Below the pieces are notes generated by a model that was not told the DNA's origin, searched no databases, and saw nothing but the letters and a program-made list of their open reading frames with translations. From positions 8,346 to 72,345 of the forward strand of contig DAYH01000030.1 in NCBI GenBank assembly GCA_002506825.1: a DNA stretch of 64,000 nucleotides, in the 5' to 3' direction. A program made the translations under genes and the position numbers. This document shows positions 55,240 through 63,801 of the stretch, piece after piece (within the stretch, counting starts at the first letter, position 1; the number at the start of each line of letters is the position of its first letter). The stretch is from Euryarchaeota archaeon UBA103 (GTDB lineage Archaea; Thermoplasmatota; Poseidoniia; Poseidoniales; Thalassarchaeaceae).

Positions 55240-56573
55240 TAATCTCCACCTCTCCCTATGATGGCTGGTTGTGGATCTCCAGACAGATGATCGGCAACTA
55301 TCTCGGCAAATCTGTCGAAGAGCGGAGATGCATCATGCGGCCCTGGGCAAGCCTCGGGATGAAACTGGATGGTGAATGCCGGTTTACCGACTAGATCGAG
55401 TCCCTCCACAGTCTTGTCATTGGCATTTACATGCCTAACTGTAAATTCAGCCTCTAAAATATTACTTCCTGAATCGGAGCAAGTCCCTGATGGATGTGGT
55501 GCTAGCATTCCTTTACTGGGATCTTCTACGGCGAAACCATGATTTTGACTGGTTATGTTTACCTTACCAGTTACTAAATCTACAACAGGTTGATTGGATC
55601 CACGATGGCCGTATCTGAGCTTGTATGTCCTCAGTCCTGCGGCGAGACCCATCAGCTGGTGGCCCAAACAAATTCCCATTACTGGCATATCTGATCTAAC
55701 TGCCGCCGCGAGTGATTCTCTAGCGATTGTAGCTGTCCCGTTGTGAGCTGGGTCTCCTGGGCCGTTAGATGCGAAGAGGGCGTCTGGCTTCCAGTCGTCG
55801 ATTATCTCTTGGAATGGCATAGAAGCAGGGCACCAGACCACCTCAAATCTTCTACAGAGCTCCCTGATGATGTTATACTTGATTCCACAATCCAGCACTG
55901 CCAATCGAGGTAAGCTTTGGCCCCTGTCATCTGTAGCTCCCGGATTTGCAATTACTGGCTCATCTATAGTTACTGACTTTACCAAATCTTCATGGTCAGG
56001 AGGAGTCATTTTTGACAGTAATCTTTCCATCTCACTGACCTTATCGGCAGGTCCAAAAACACATAACAAAGTCCCATATTCCCTAACTCTTCTTGTTAGA
56101 TCCCTAGTATCTACTCCTTGAATTCCGGGGACTCCATGGGATAATAGTAAATCATGAATACTGCCAACAGAATCCCTATGATCGGGAATAGGCATCATCT
56201 GTTTGCATACTACTCCTCTGGGGTGTACTCTCGAAGACTCTGAGATTTGAGGTATTATCCCATAATTGCCCAACAAAGGCCATGTGAAAGTTAGGACTTG
56301 GCCAGCGAAAGAGGGATCGGTCAAGCTCTCCTGATAACCAGCCATACCGGTTGTGAAAACCAACTCTCCCTGAGCAATCGTTTCAGCACCAAAAAGAACT
56401 CCGTTGTATCTGGTTCCATCCGCCAGGATTAACAATCCTGGGGCCTCACTGGGAGGGTTTCTGCTCTGTGAACCAACTAGTCCATCTGCAGCATCTGGGA
56501 AAATCGGCGGGTCTGAAACTCCCGGAATACCCGCTCCGGGAATGAAGCCGCGTTGCGGTCCCGACTCCGACAT
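55239..56573 (-). CDS. carA: Carbamoyl-phosphate synthase small (glutaminase) subunit, with an N-terminal low-complexity extension
   Basis: LILADGTRYNGVLFGA. GATase triad region GICLGHQL and HPE (IQFHPEACPGPHD). The track start is TTG; ATG at 56573. About 45 Pro/Gly-rich residues precede the conserved start. Confidence 0.9.
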   Translation of the reverse strand: MSESGPQRGFIPGAGIPGVSDPPIFPDAADGLVGSQSRNPPSEAPGLLILADGTRYNGVLFGAETIAQGELVFTTGMAGYQESLTDPSFAGQVLTFTWPLLGNYGIIPQISESSRVHPRGVVCKQMMPIPDHRDSVGSIHDLLLSHGVPGIQGVDTRDLTRRVREYGTLLCVFGPADKVSEMERLLSKMTPPDHEDLVKSVTIDEPVIANPGATDDRGQSLPRLAVLDCGIKYNIIRELCRRFEVVWCPASMPFQEIIDDWKPDALFASNGPGDPAHNGTATIARESLAAAVRSDMPVMGICLGHQLMGLAAGLRTYKLRYGHRGSNQPVVDLVTGKVNITSQNHGFAVEDPSKGMLAPHPSGTCSDSGSNILEAEFTVRHVNANDKTVEGLDLVGKPAFTIQFHPEACPGPHDASPLFDRFAEIVADHLSGDPQPAIIGRGGD

Positions 56574-56626
56574 CAGCAAAGCTGCACAAATACGTCACTT
56601 AATCATTGATGAAGAAATATACATTT

Positions 56627-57184
56627 TCACTTATTGTCTTCGTTTGTAACTAGTACCTTTCCATCCTCACTGGGTATAACTGAAACGGACCCTCCAGAAA
56701 AATCCTCAGGTCCCTGCGGGCCTAGATATGAGTTCAGAAATACAGCAAGTGCGGCAACCTCTGAATGGGGTTGATTGCCTACTGCGACATTGTAATTGGC
56801 TAGCCCGAATAACTCGCCGGGGACCTTTGTCCCACCTACGACGATGACGACATCGCCCTCTGAGGGAATATTATTTGTTATCTCGTTCCAAGGCTTCCCA
56901 TACATGGTAAGATGAACAATTGTCCCTCCTGACTTTGAGAATGACCTAAGCCACCTCATGGGCCTGCTCTCGTAGCTACATTCGAACTCTCCTCCGAATC
57001 TAGAGGTAACTGATCTCCATGTTTCTATGGGAGTAGGGTCGTCATCTCCGGATAGTATTACTTGATCGGCACCAAATGCTCTGGCGGTCAGTCCCAAGTG
57101 GGAGGTCATCCTCTTGTCTCTATCTACTCTGTGCCCCAATCTCAGGACAGATACTTTCAGAGCTGGGTCATCCGTCATGGTCAC
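56627..57184 (-). CDS. tRNA (cytidine56-2'-O)-methyltransferase aTrm56 (SPOUT)
   Basis: VSVLRLGHRVDRDKRMTSHLGLTARAFGADQVIL is the typical aTrm56 N-terminus. 185 aa. GTG at 57184 overlaps the upstream stop (GTGA); alternative ATG at 57178. Confidence 0.8.
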   Translation of the reverse strand: MTMTDDPALKVSVLRLGHRVDRDKRMTSHLGLTARAFGADQVILSGDDDPTPIETWRSVTSRFGGEFECSYESRPMRWLRSFSKSGGTIVHLTMYGKPWNEITNNIPSEGDVVIVVGGTKVPGELFGLANYNVAVGNQPHSEVAALAVFLNSYLGPQGPEDFSGGSVSVIPSEDGKVLVTNEDNK

Positions 57185-57852
57185 CCCAGTGGAGGAATTC
57201 CTTCTTCATTTGTAATTGGGCTATCCTGAATAGGGGCTGTAGGAAATAAATCCACGCCCATATTCATCATCGTACTCCTGACCCATTGAAGAAGAATCGC
57301 GTCCCAGAAGAATGTTGTTGCCATGCCCACCATTATTGCCATTGCCACTAGTCTTCCTGAAGCGAATATTGCTACTTGCATTTCTATTTCCGAGCCTATA
57401 ACGGTATTACCTAGTGGTTCCAGAATGTAGAACATAATTATCACAATAAGAATACCTCCAATATTATTGAGGATTGCATTTCCTGTTTCCCTGCCTACTG
57501 ACATGATAAAAGTGGCCGCCAAGGCCAAAAAAGGTATGATTATACTTATTTCCCTGAATGTGAACTCCCCAATCAGAGATATTGGGATATCGGCATCTCC
57601 TAGTGAGGATCCTCCTTTGTCCACAGATATCCACCAGAAGACAGCAGTCATAGAGGCTAGAGCTCCGGACACTAAGCCTCTGAAACTAATCATTTCCCTG
57701 ATATCGTGACGATCCGCAGGCTGGAGCCTCTGTATAATCGACTCCATTAATTCCAGTGATTCGCTAGTCGGACCCTCGGGGGCATCAGATTGCTGCATAT
57801 TGCCCATATGGGCATTTAGGGCCTCTTCAGAACCTTGGTCCCCCATCACCAT
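57181..57852 (-). CDS. Hypothetical polytopic membrane protein (223 aa)
   Basis: ATG start. Several hydrophobic spans: GALASMTAVFWWISV, IIIPFLALAATFIMSV, IGGILIVIIMFYILEPL, LVAMAIMVGMATTFFW. No recognisable family. Confidence 0.5.
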   Translation of the reverse strand: MVMGDQGSEEALNAHMGNMQQSDAPEGPTSESLELMESIIQRLQPADRHDIREMISFRGLVSGALASMTAVFWWISVDKGGSSLGDADIPISLIGEFTFREISIIIPFLALAATFIMSVGRETGNAILNNIGGILIVIIMFYILEPLGNTVIGSEIEMQVAIFASGRLVAMAIMVGMATTFFWDAILLQWVRSTMMNMGVDLFPTAPIQDSPITNEEGIPPLG

Positions 57853-57907
57853 CGCTGTAATGCGACTCGGTCACATCATAAAGCATGCGTCGAATGGCGT
57901 ACCGTAC

Positions 57908-58741
57908 ATGCCCGACTGGCGACCTAAACTCAGATGCCGCGATGATGGGAATCCTAGAATTATGGGTATTCTCAATATTACCCCGGATTCCTTTCACGGG
58001 CAATCCAGATATGAAACGGTAGAGATTGCAACTCAGGCCGCCATTTCCATGGCGATGAATGGAGCTGATTGGATAGATGTAGGGGGAGAGTCGACTAGGC
58101 CGGGATCGCGGGCAGTATTGCCTGAGGAGGAGGAGTCTAGAGTGGTACCAGTCATTCAGTCGATAAGGGACGAATTACCCGATATAGGAATCTCAATAGA
58201 TACTAGGAGGTCTTCAGTGGCAATCTCTTCTTTAGAGGCAGGGGCTGACATGATCAATGACGTTTCATCGCTAGGGGATCCGGAGATGTCGAAGGTAATA
58301 GTAGAATCTGGATGTCCCGTCTGCCTGATGCACATGAAGGGAATTCCTGAAAATATGCAAAAAAACCCAAATTACTCTGAAGTGGTTTCTGAAGTCAGGA
58401 GGCATTTGGCTGACTCCTCGTCGAAGCTAAATCTTCTGGGAGTGGATAACTCTAGAATTGTTGTTGATCCGGGGATTGGTTTTGGGAAGCTCCTGAAACA
58501 TAATTTATCACTACTGTCAGCTGGTAGGCAGATTTTGCCTAGTGATGATATGGGGCTGATGTGGGGAGTAAGTAGAAAAAGTATGTTCGCTGATCTTCTG
58601 GGAAGGGATTCTACTGCGGATAGACTTGCAGGAAGCCTTGGGGTCGCTTCAAAAGCACGTAGCTATGGTGTTGATATTATCAGGGTCCACGATGTCGCAG
58701 AGCATGAGGACCTGTTTTCCACGATTAACTCTCTGAGGTGA
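57908..58741 (+). CDS. folP: Dihydropteroate synthase
   Basis: IMGILNITPDSFHG. IDVGGESTRPG. INDVSSLGD. DPGIGFGK. VSRKS. RVHDV. The ATG at 57908 avoids overlap with the divergent membrane-protein gene; the track start is 57800. Confidence 0.85.
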   Translation: MPDWRPKLRCRDDGNPRIMGILNITPDSFHGQSRYETVEIATQAAISMAMNGADWIDVGGESTRPGSRAVLPEEEESRVVPVIQSIRDELPDIGISIDTRRSSVAISSLEAGADMINDVSSLGDPEMSKVIVESGCPVCLMHMKGIPENMQKNPNYSEVVSEVRRHLADSSSKLNLLGVDNSRIVVDPGIGFGKLLKHNLSLLSAGRQILPSDDMGLMWGVSRKSMFADLLGRDSTADRLAGSLGVASKARSYGVDIIRVHDVAEHEDLFSTINSLR

Positions 58742-58745
58742 AGTT

Positions 58746-59918
58746 TTGACTGAGGGCGGCAATAATATTATCGACGTCTCTCCTGATTTGAGGCTCATAG
58801 GCACTGCACATGTCAGTACCAAATCTGTAGAGATCGTCAAAGAGCAAATTGCTGAATATGAACCAGATATTGTCGCTGTTGAGCTGTGTAATTCGAGGCT
58901 TTCCTCACTTAAAGAACCTGAATCATTAGATTCGGATGATTTATTGAAAATAATCAAGGACGGGAGATCTCCAATGATTCTCCTACAATCGGCATTGGCC
59001 GCTCAGCAAAGAAAAATGGGATTGAGCACAGGGGAAAAGCCGGGTGCTGAGCTTCTAGTAGCGGTGAACAGCGCGGAAAGCTCGAATATTCCAGTTGAAA
59101 TGATTGATAGAGACATAGTAATCACACTTAGAAGGGCCTGGCATAGAATGGGAATTTTTGAGAAATGGAGAGTGCTCAGTACCCTTCTCTGGGACGACCA
59201 AGAAGAGGATGATGAATTATCCATTGATGAGATCTTGGGAGACTCAGATATGTTGAGTAGGATGATGGAAGATGCAAGAGAGGTAGCTCCGGGGGCTGGA
59301 GAGGTCCTTATTGATGAGAGAGATGCCTATCTAGCTGGTAGGATACAGCAGATTAGTGGCAAGGGAAAAATTTTGGCGGTTGTTGGGGCTGGTCATCTGG
59401 AGGGCATTGTCAATAATCTCAATAGGCCATCAGAGAAAGTAGTTACAAGGCTGAATGATCTCAGTACGGGGCCGCCGAAGAAGATATGGCCGAAAGTAAT
59501 AATGGCGGCCATACCACTTTTCCTGTTCGGATCAATAGGGTATATGGCATATAATGGCGAGATGGATGATATTAGGCAGACTGCTGAGACGTGGCTGATA
59601 CTCAATGCCGTACTTGCGGGACTTGGCGTGTTGTTAGCCAGAGGGCATCCTCTGTCGATTTTAGCTGGTGCATTGGCCTCTCCTATCACTTCACTTAATC
59701 CAGCACTTGCCGCAGGGTGGTTCGCGGGGTACACACAACTGAAGGTTGCATCGCCGACTGGAAAAGATGCACAGGATTTCCTTAAACTAGACGATTTCTC
59801 CCTTTTCTGGAATAATAGGGTTGGAAGGGTACTAATGGTCACAGCTCTGGGAAATTTAGGTTCGAGTGTTGGTGCATGGCTAGCTGGTGGTGCCATATTC
59901 ATGCAACTTTTCAGCTAA
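58746..59918 (+). CDS. TraB/PrgY-family protein with a C-terminal membrane domain
   Basis: LIGTAHVSTKSVEIVKEQIAEYEPDIVAVELC and ERDAYLA and VVGAGHLEG are TraB-family signatures. TTG start preceded by GAGGTGA at 5-nt spacing. No ATG upstream of the conserved N-terminus. Confidence 0.8.
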   Translation: MTEGGNNIIDVSPDLRLIGTAHVSTKSVEIVKEQIAEYEPDIVAVELCNSRLSSLKEPESLDSDDLLKIIKDGRSPMILLQSALAAQQRKMGLSTGEKPGAELLVAVNSAESSNIPVEMIDRDIVITLRRAWHRMGIFEKWRVLSTLLWDDQEEDDELSIDEILGDSDMLSRMMEDAREVAPGAGEVLIDERDAYLAGRIQQISGKGKILAVVGAGHLEGIVNNLNRPSEKVVTRLNDLSTGPPKKIWPKVIMAAIPLFLFGSIGYMAYNGEMDDIRQTAETWLILNAVLAGLGVLLARGHPLSILAGALASPITSLNPALAAGWFAGYTQLKVASPTGKDAQDFLKLDDFSLFWNNRVGRVLMVTALGNLGSSVGAWLAGGAIFMQLFS

Positions 59919-60133
59919 TTTTCTTGTCCCCACTCGAGAGAGCTCCATCCCCTTTCATGCACATAGTAAAGTACCAACTTAGTAACTACTTCTAATCCTG
60001 CAATTGATGCCGCTATCAATTGATCGGATGTAAATATCCATGCAATGATGAAAGTATCAGTAGTAGCGATAACTCTCCATGATATGGTCTTAGCCAAACT
60101 ACGTTTTTTTGTTGCGGACATAGGGAACACCAT
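59915..60133 (-). CDS. DUF2061 small membrane protein
   Basis: KTISWRVIATTDTFIIAWIFT...VVTKLVLYYVHERGW matches my memory of the DUF2061 pattern. 68-72 aa. Confidence 0.6.
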   Translation of the reverse strand: MVFPMSATKKRSLAKTISWRVIATTDTFIIAWIFTSDQLIAASIAGLEVVTKLVLYYVHERGWSSLEWGQEN

Positions 60134-60147
60134 GGACAGTCATAAAA

Positions 60148-61386
60148 TTACTTAATCGCCTCGATTACAACCGCTATCCCTTGCCCGCCACCTATGCATG
60201 CTGTAGCGATGCCGTATCTCCCCCCTCTTCTTCTGAGTTCTAATGAGAGAGTCAAAAGGAGTCTTGTTCCCGTAGCTGCGAGGGGATGACCAAGTCCGAC
60301 TGCCCCTCCGTTAACATTTACCTTTGAGGGATCTATACCCAGATCTTTGATGCAGGCCACACATTGTCCAGCGAAGGCCTCGTTGATCTCCCAAAGATCA
60401 ATATCCTCGACTTTTAGCCCTGCCTTCTGCAGGGCTAGATTGCTACTTGGAACAGGTCCGTGAGCCATGATTTTAGGATCGATCCCTACTATTCCCCATG
60501 ATACTATTCGGGAAAGGGGCGAATCTCCATCTGACTTAGCCCTTGCACCTGACTTTACAACAACTGCGGCCGCACCGTCAACTACCCCGGAGGCATTTCC
60601 GGCGGTTACAAGAGAGTCGGGGCCAAAGTGCGTCCTAAGTCCGGATAGAGATTCGATCGTTGTCCCTAGGACCACGTGATCATCGTGAGATGCGTCCAAT
60701 ACCCCTTGTGGAGTGGACACCTCCACTACTTCTTCATCCCAGACTCCATTTCGGATGCTCTCCTCAGTCTTCTGGTGACTCATGGCTGCGAAATTATCTG
60801 CATCCTCTCTGGAAACTTCAAGCATCTTACAAAGTTCGTCACTGGTTTGAGCCATGAAATAACCACATACATCATCTCTCAGATTGGTAAAGAAGTAATC
60901 TTCCATATCACGAGGAATCTCTTCACCTTTTCTCGGTGGCCTTCCTAACTTGTAGGAGGTCCTCTCATCTCTAAGGACATGTGGCGCTTGGCTAAGATTC
61001 TCCATACCGCCAGCTACTACTGTCTCAGCCTCCCCAAGCATTATCATCTGTGCCGCCGATACTACGGATTGAGCCCCACTTCCGCAGAGTCTGTTGAGAG
61101 TCAGCATAGGGACCTGATGAGGTATACCGGACAATAATCCGGCCCTCCTGGCACCGAAAATAGCCTGAGATGACGTCTGCAGAGCATGCCCCATTATGAC
61201 GTGGTCTACTTCTGATGGTTCGGTACCGGTCTTCTCCAGTGCGCCCTTGATTGCTATTGACCCCAATTCCTCAGCACTGATTGAAGCCAATCTTCCTCCT
61301 TGTCCGCCGTCTCCTCTTTTTCCACCCAGCCACTCGCAGAAAGGCGTCCTGGCGCCGCCTACAATGACTACATCGTTATCTTCCAT
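60148..61386 (-). CDS. Acetyl-CoA C-acetyltransferase (thiolase)
   Basis: Active-site Cys context LNRLCGSGAQSV. NEAFAGQ. GGAVGLGHPLAATG. CIGGGQGIAVVIE. Confidence 0.9.
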   Translation of the reverse strand: MEDNDVVIVGGARTPFCEWLGGKRGDGGQGGRLASISAEELGSIAIKGALEKTGTEPSEVDHVIMGHALQTSSQAIFGARRAGLLSGIPHQVPMLTLNRLCGSGAQSVVSAAQMIMLGEAETVVAGGMENLSQAPHVLRDERTSYKLGRPPRKGEEIPRDMEDYFFTNLRDDVCGYFMAQTSDELCKMLEVSREDADNFAAMSHQKTEESIRNGVWDEEVVEVSTPQGVLDASHDDHVVLGTTIESLSGLRTHFGPDSLVTAGNASGVVDGAAAVVVKSGARAKSDGDSPLSRIVSWGIVGIDPKIMAHGPVPSSNLALQKAGLKVEDIDLWEINEAFAGQCVACIKDLGIDPSKVNVNGGAVGLGHPLAATGTRLLLTLSLELRRRGGRYGIATACIGGGQGIAVVIEAIK

Positions 61387-61433
61387 GCATGACGCATGGG
61401 GATGGTGCTCAAGAGTCTGACTATTGGTCGCCT

Positions 61434-62918
61434 CTATGACTGGTCGCCATCGGTCATTGAACCAAGATAATCAGGTAGCTCTACGCCTGACATCTTTGCG
61501 ACATCGTGTATGGGCGGCAAGCTTTGAACTAGGCTACTCACGAAGTTACTAGTGGCAGAGGAACCGTCGGAGTTGTTACCGCTATCCCAGACAGTGATCT
61601 TATCGATTTTCAAGTTCCTGATTGCCTCGGTTTGAGCGGCTACCATGTTCTCGATTTTCTCGACCATGAGCAATGTAGCAGCGGCCTTTGGATCTCCAGC
61701 GGCACTAGACACCAGATTGCTGTAACCTTGTGCCTTTGCATCGAGGACCTTCTGAATTCCTTCAGCTTCAGCCTCGTACTTAGCCAGTATGGCATCGGCC
61801 TCTCCTCTGGCGACCCTCCTCTGCCTCTCAGCTTCTGCATCAGCGGCTATCTCTATCTGCTGCTTCTGTATACTAATCTGAACGATTTCGCTTGCCTTCA
61901 ATCTCTCCTCTTCCTCGGAGTAGAATGCCTTCTGGATCTCTGCTTCGGCTACTGCCTTGGCTACATCGGCCCTCTGTTTGGCGGAAGCTTCGGCTTCTGC
62001 CAAATCTGCATTAGCCCTAGCTATCTCGGCTTGAGCTGTGTTCTCTCCTGAAATTGCCATAGCCTCCTGTTGCTCAACGAAAACACGCTGGTCCGCCTCT
62101 GCGGCCTTTCTTCCCTTCTCTGCGGCCGCCATATTCTCTGCGACTGTGATTTCCCTCTCCTTGCTTGCGATAGCGGCACCGATTGCACCGTCCCTCTCAG
62201 CATTGGCAACGTCAACTCTGGCATTCTCCACAGCTGTTGCCGCGGCCTTCTTACCGATACTCTCGATATAGTCCGACTCATCTGTAATATCGACAATGTT
62301 GACATTTAGCTGAGTTAATCCAAACTTTCTAAGCTCTTGGTCAACATTCTGAGTGATGAGGGATAGGAATGCATCACGATCTTGGTTGATTTGCTCGATT
62401 GTCAAGGAGGCGACAGTGAGACGCAACTGGCCCAGGATGATTTCTTCAGCTAGCTTCTCTATCTCTGGAATCTTGAATCCCAAGAGTCTCTCGGCCGCAT
62501 TGGCCATGATGCTTGGCTCCTTACTGACGCCGACTGTGAACGTACTTGGAACGTTAATTCTGATATTCTGCAGAGAAAGCGCGCCTTTCAAGTCGATGTT
62601 GATTGGCATTGGCTTGAGAGAGATGTATGCATAGTCCTGGATTAATGGCCATACTAGTGCCGCACCACCATGGACTACCCTGGATGGCTTTGCCTTTCCA
62701 TCGACCCCCTTAGCGGTTCTTCCATAAATCACCATTACCTGATCTGGTGGGCATCTCTTGTATCTCTGGGCGAAGAATATTACTGCTGCTACCAAAACCA
62801 AAATGATTGCAAAAATCATTATTGTCCCTATAGTTCCACCGTCTGCTCCACCATCTTGCCTCAGCGTTGCCATTAACATTCTGTTCACTCCAGTCGCTAT
62901 GAAGCGGGCACAGGTCAT
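61434..62918 (-). CDS. Flotillin-like SPFH (band 7) domain protein
   Basis: N-terminal TM IMIFAIILVLVAAVIFFA. SPFH core. Long Ala/Glu-rich coiled coil (AEAEASAKQRADVAKAVAEAEIQKA...). Start alternatives at 62918, 62879 and 62873. Confidence 0.85.
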   Translation of the reverse strand: MTCARFIATGVNRMLMATLRQDGGADGGTIGTIMIFAIILVLVAAVIFFAQRYKRCPPDQVMVIYGRTAKGVDGKAKPSRVVHGGAALVWPLIQDYAYISLKPMPINIDLKGALSLQNIRINVPSTFTVGVSKEPSIMANAAERLLGFKIPEIEKLAEEIILGQLRLTVASLTIEQINQDRDAFLSLITQNVDQELRKFGLTQLNVNIVDITDESDYIESIGKKAAATAVENARVDVANAERDGAIGAAIASKEREITVAENMAAAEKGRKAAEADQRVFVEQQEAMAISGENTAQAEIARANADLAEAEASAKQRADVAKAVAEAEIQKAFYSEEEERLKASEIVQISIQKQQIEIAADAEAERQRRVARGEADAILAKYEAEAEGIQKVLDAKAQGYSNLVSSAAGDPKAAATLLMVEKIENMVAAQTEAIRNLKIDKITVWDSGNNSDGSSATSNFVSSLVQSLPPIHDVAKMSGVELPDYLGSMTDGDQS

Positions 62919-62963
62919 GAAGTCTTTCCCGAAAATTGGAGATTATAGGGTCATGATGAGAAA

Positions 62964-63563
62964 TCAGATTCTCTTTACTATCAGAACTTCACCCATCGTA
63001 TCGACCACTTCAATTAGCCTTCCAGTTCCAATTTCTTGCTTGTCCTCGGATCTTGCATTGTAGGTACTGAGGGATCCATTGGTCTCAATCTGGACCTGCC
63101 CGACGCCTTCGTGGGGAATCACGAGATATATCTGGCCCTTGCAACCAACAGTATCTACAATGTCCACGTTGCCAGAAGATTGCATGGCCATGAATACCTC
63201 AAATAATTTTGCAGTTCCATACATTGATGCTGTTCCAGCTATTCCACCTGCCGCGACTGCGACCGGATCGGTACCATCTGATTTCAACACCCAGAGTCCG
63301 GCCAGACCGAAGAACATGAGGAACGCCATGACGCCTTGGAACGTTAGGGCCTTGAATGACGCGTCTGAGCTCATGACATCTATTTCCAATCCGAAGAGTC
63401 CTTCGAAAACACCCTCGGCGACACCCCCTACAAGCATAAGTACGAACCAGAGAAGGAAGAGGATACCTCCTAGAAGAGCAGAAATCCCAAAAATCCACTC
63501 TAATCCTGTTGCATCTCCTAGCCCTACGAGGTCGAAGAGGTTGAAATCATTGATATCCACCAT
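62964..63563 (-). CDS. NfeD-like membrane protein (partner of the SPFH/flotillin protein)
   Basis: Several TMs followed by a C-terminal OB-fold-like tail GCKGQIYLVIPHEGVGQVQIETNGSLSTYNARS...GTGRLIEVVDTMGEVLIVKRI. The ATG at 63563 is preceded by GGAGGGG; the track start is 63596. Confidence 0.75.
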   Translation of the reverse strand: MVDINDFNLFDLVGLGDATGLEWIFGISALLGGILFLLWFVLMLVGGVAEGVFEGLFGLEIDVMSSDASFKALTFQGVMAFLMFFGLAGLWVLKSDGTDPVAVAAGGIAGTASMYGTAKLFEVFMAMQSSGNVDIVDTVGCKGQIYLVIPHEGVGQVQIETNGSLSTYNARSEDKQEIGTGRLIEVVDTMGEVLIVKRI

Positions 63564-63616
63564 AGCCCCTCCTAGGGGATAGGGCATTTGACACATTCGG
63601 CGTATTTCGTTTCTAA

Positions 63617-63754
63617 CTAGTAGTTGGGAACTCCCTCACAACACGCCTCAACTACCCTGTAGCACCTGGGGCATTCCATATGTTGCCTCCTGGGAACTGC
63701 ATCACCTCTGAAACCACATATGCAACTCATGGATTTACAGTGGTCGGAGTCCAT
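63617..63754 (-). CDS. Candidate 45-aa Cys-rich micro-protein heading the NfeD-flotillin operon (not in the supplied ORF track)
   Basis: MDSDHCKSMSCICGFRGDAVPRRQHMECPRCYRVVEACCEGVPNY has 7 Cys and 2 His. Its ATG lies ~27 nt downstream of a TATA-like GAATAAATCC. Same strand as NfeD, 53 nt upstream of it. Confidence 0.3.
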   Translation of the reverse strand: MDSDHCKSMSCICGFRGDAVPRRQHMECPRCYRVVEACCEGVPNY

Positions 63755-63775
63755 GATGAATGAAAGTTGTAACTA

Positions 63776-63785
63776 GGATTTATTC
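63776..63785 (-). promoter_or_regulatory. Candidate TATA box for the micro-ORF/NfeD/flotillin transcript
   Basis: The minus strand reads GAATAAATCC, centred ~27 nt upstream of the ATG at 63754, in the 47-nt gap after the upstream gene's stop. Confidence 0.35.
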
Positions 63786-63801
63786 TTCTCGGTGTTTTTT
63801 C

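Noticed and set aside
61700-62200. Ala/Glu-rich, quasi-repetitive region of the flotillin gene, with several antisense ORFs.
   Set aside because: This is the normal coiled-coil 'EA-repeat' flotillin domain. The antisense ORFs (61632-62051, 62038-62271 and others) are compositional artefacts.
63079-63582. 167-aa plus-strand ORF antisense to NfeD. Also the 169-aa minus ORF at 59393-59902 antisense to TraB and the 179-aa plus ORF at 53642-54181 antisense to carB.
   Set aside because: The sense partners have strong family signatures. The antisense ORFs are Pro/Ser/Ala-rich with no motifs.
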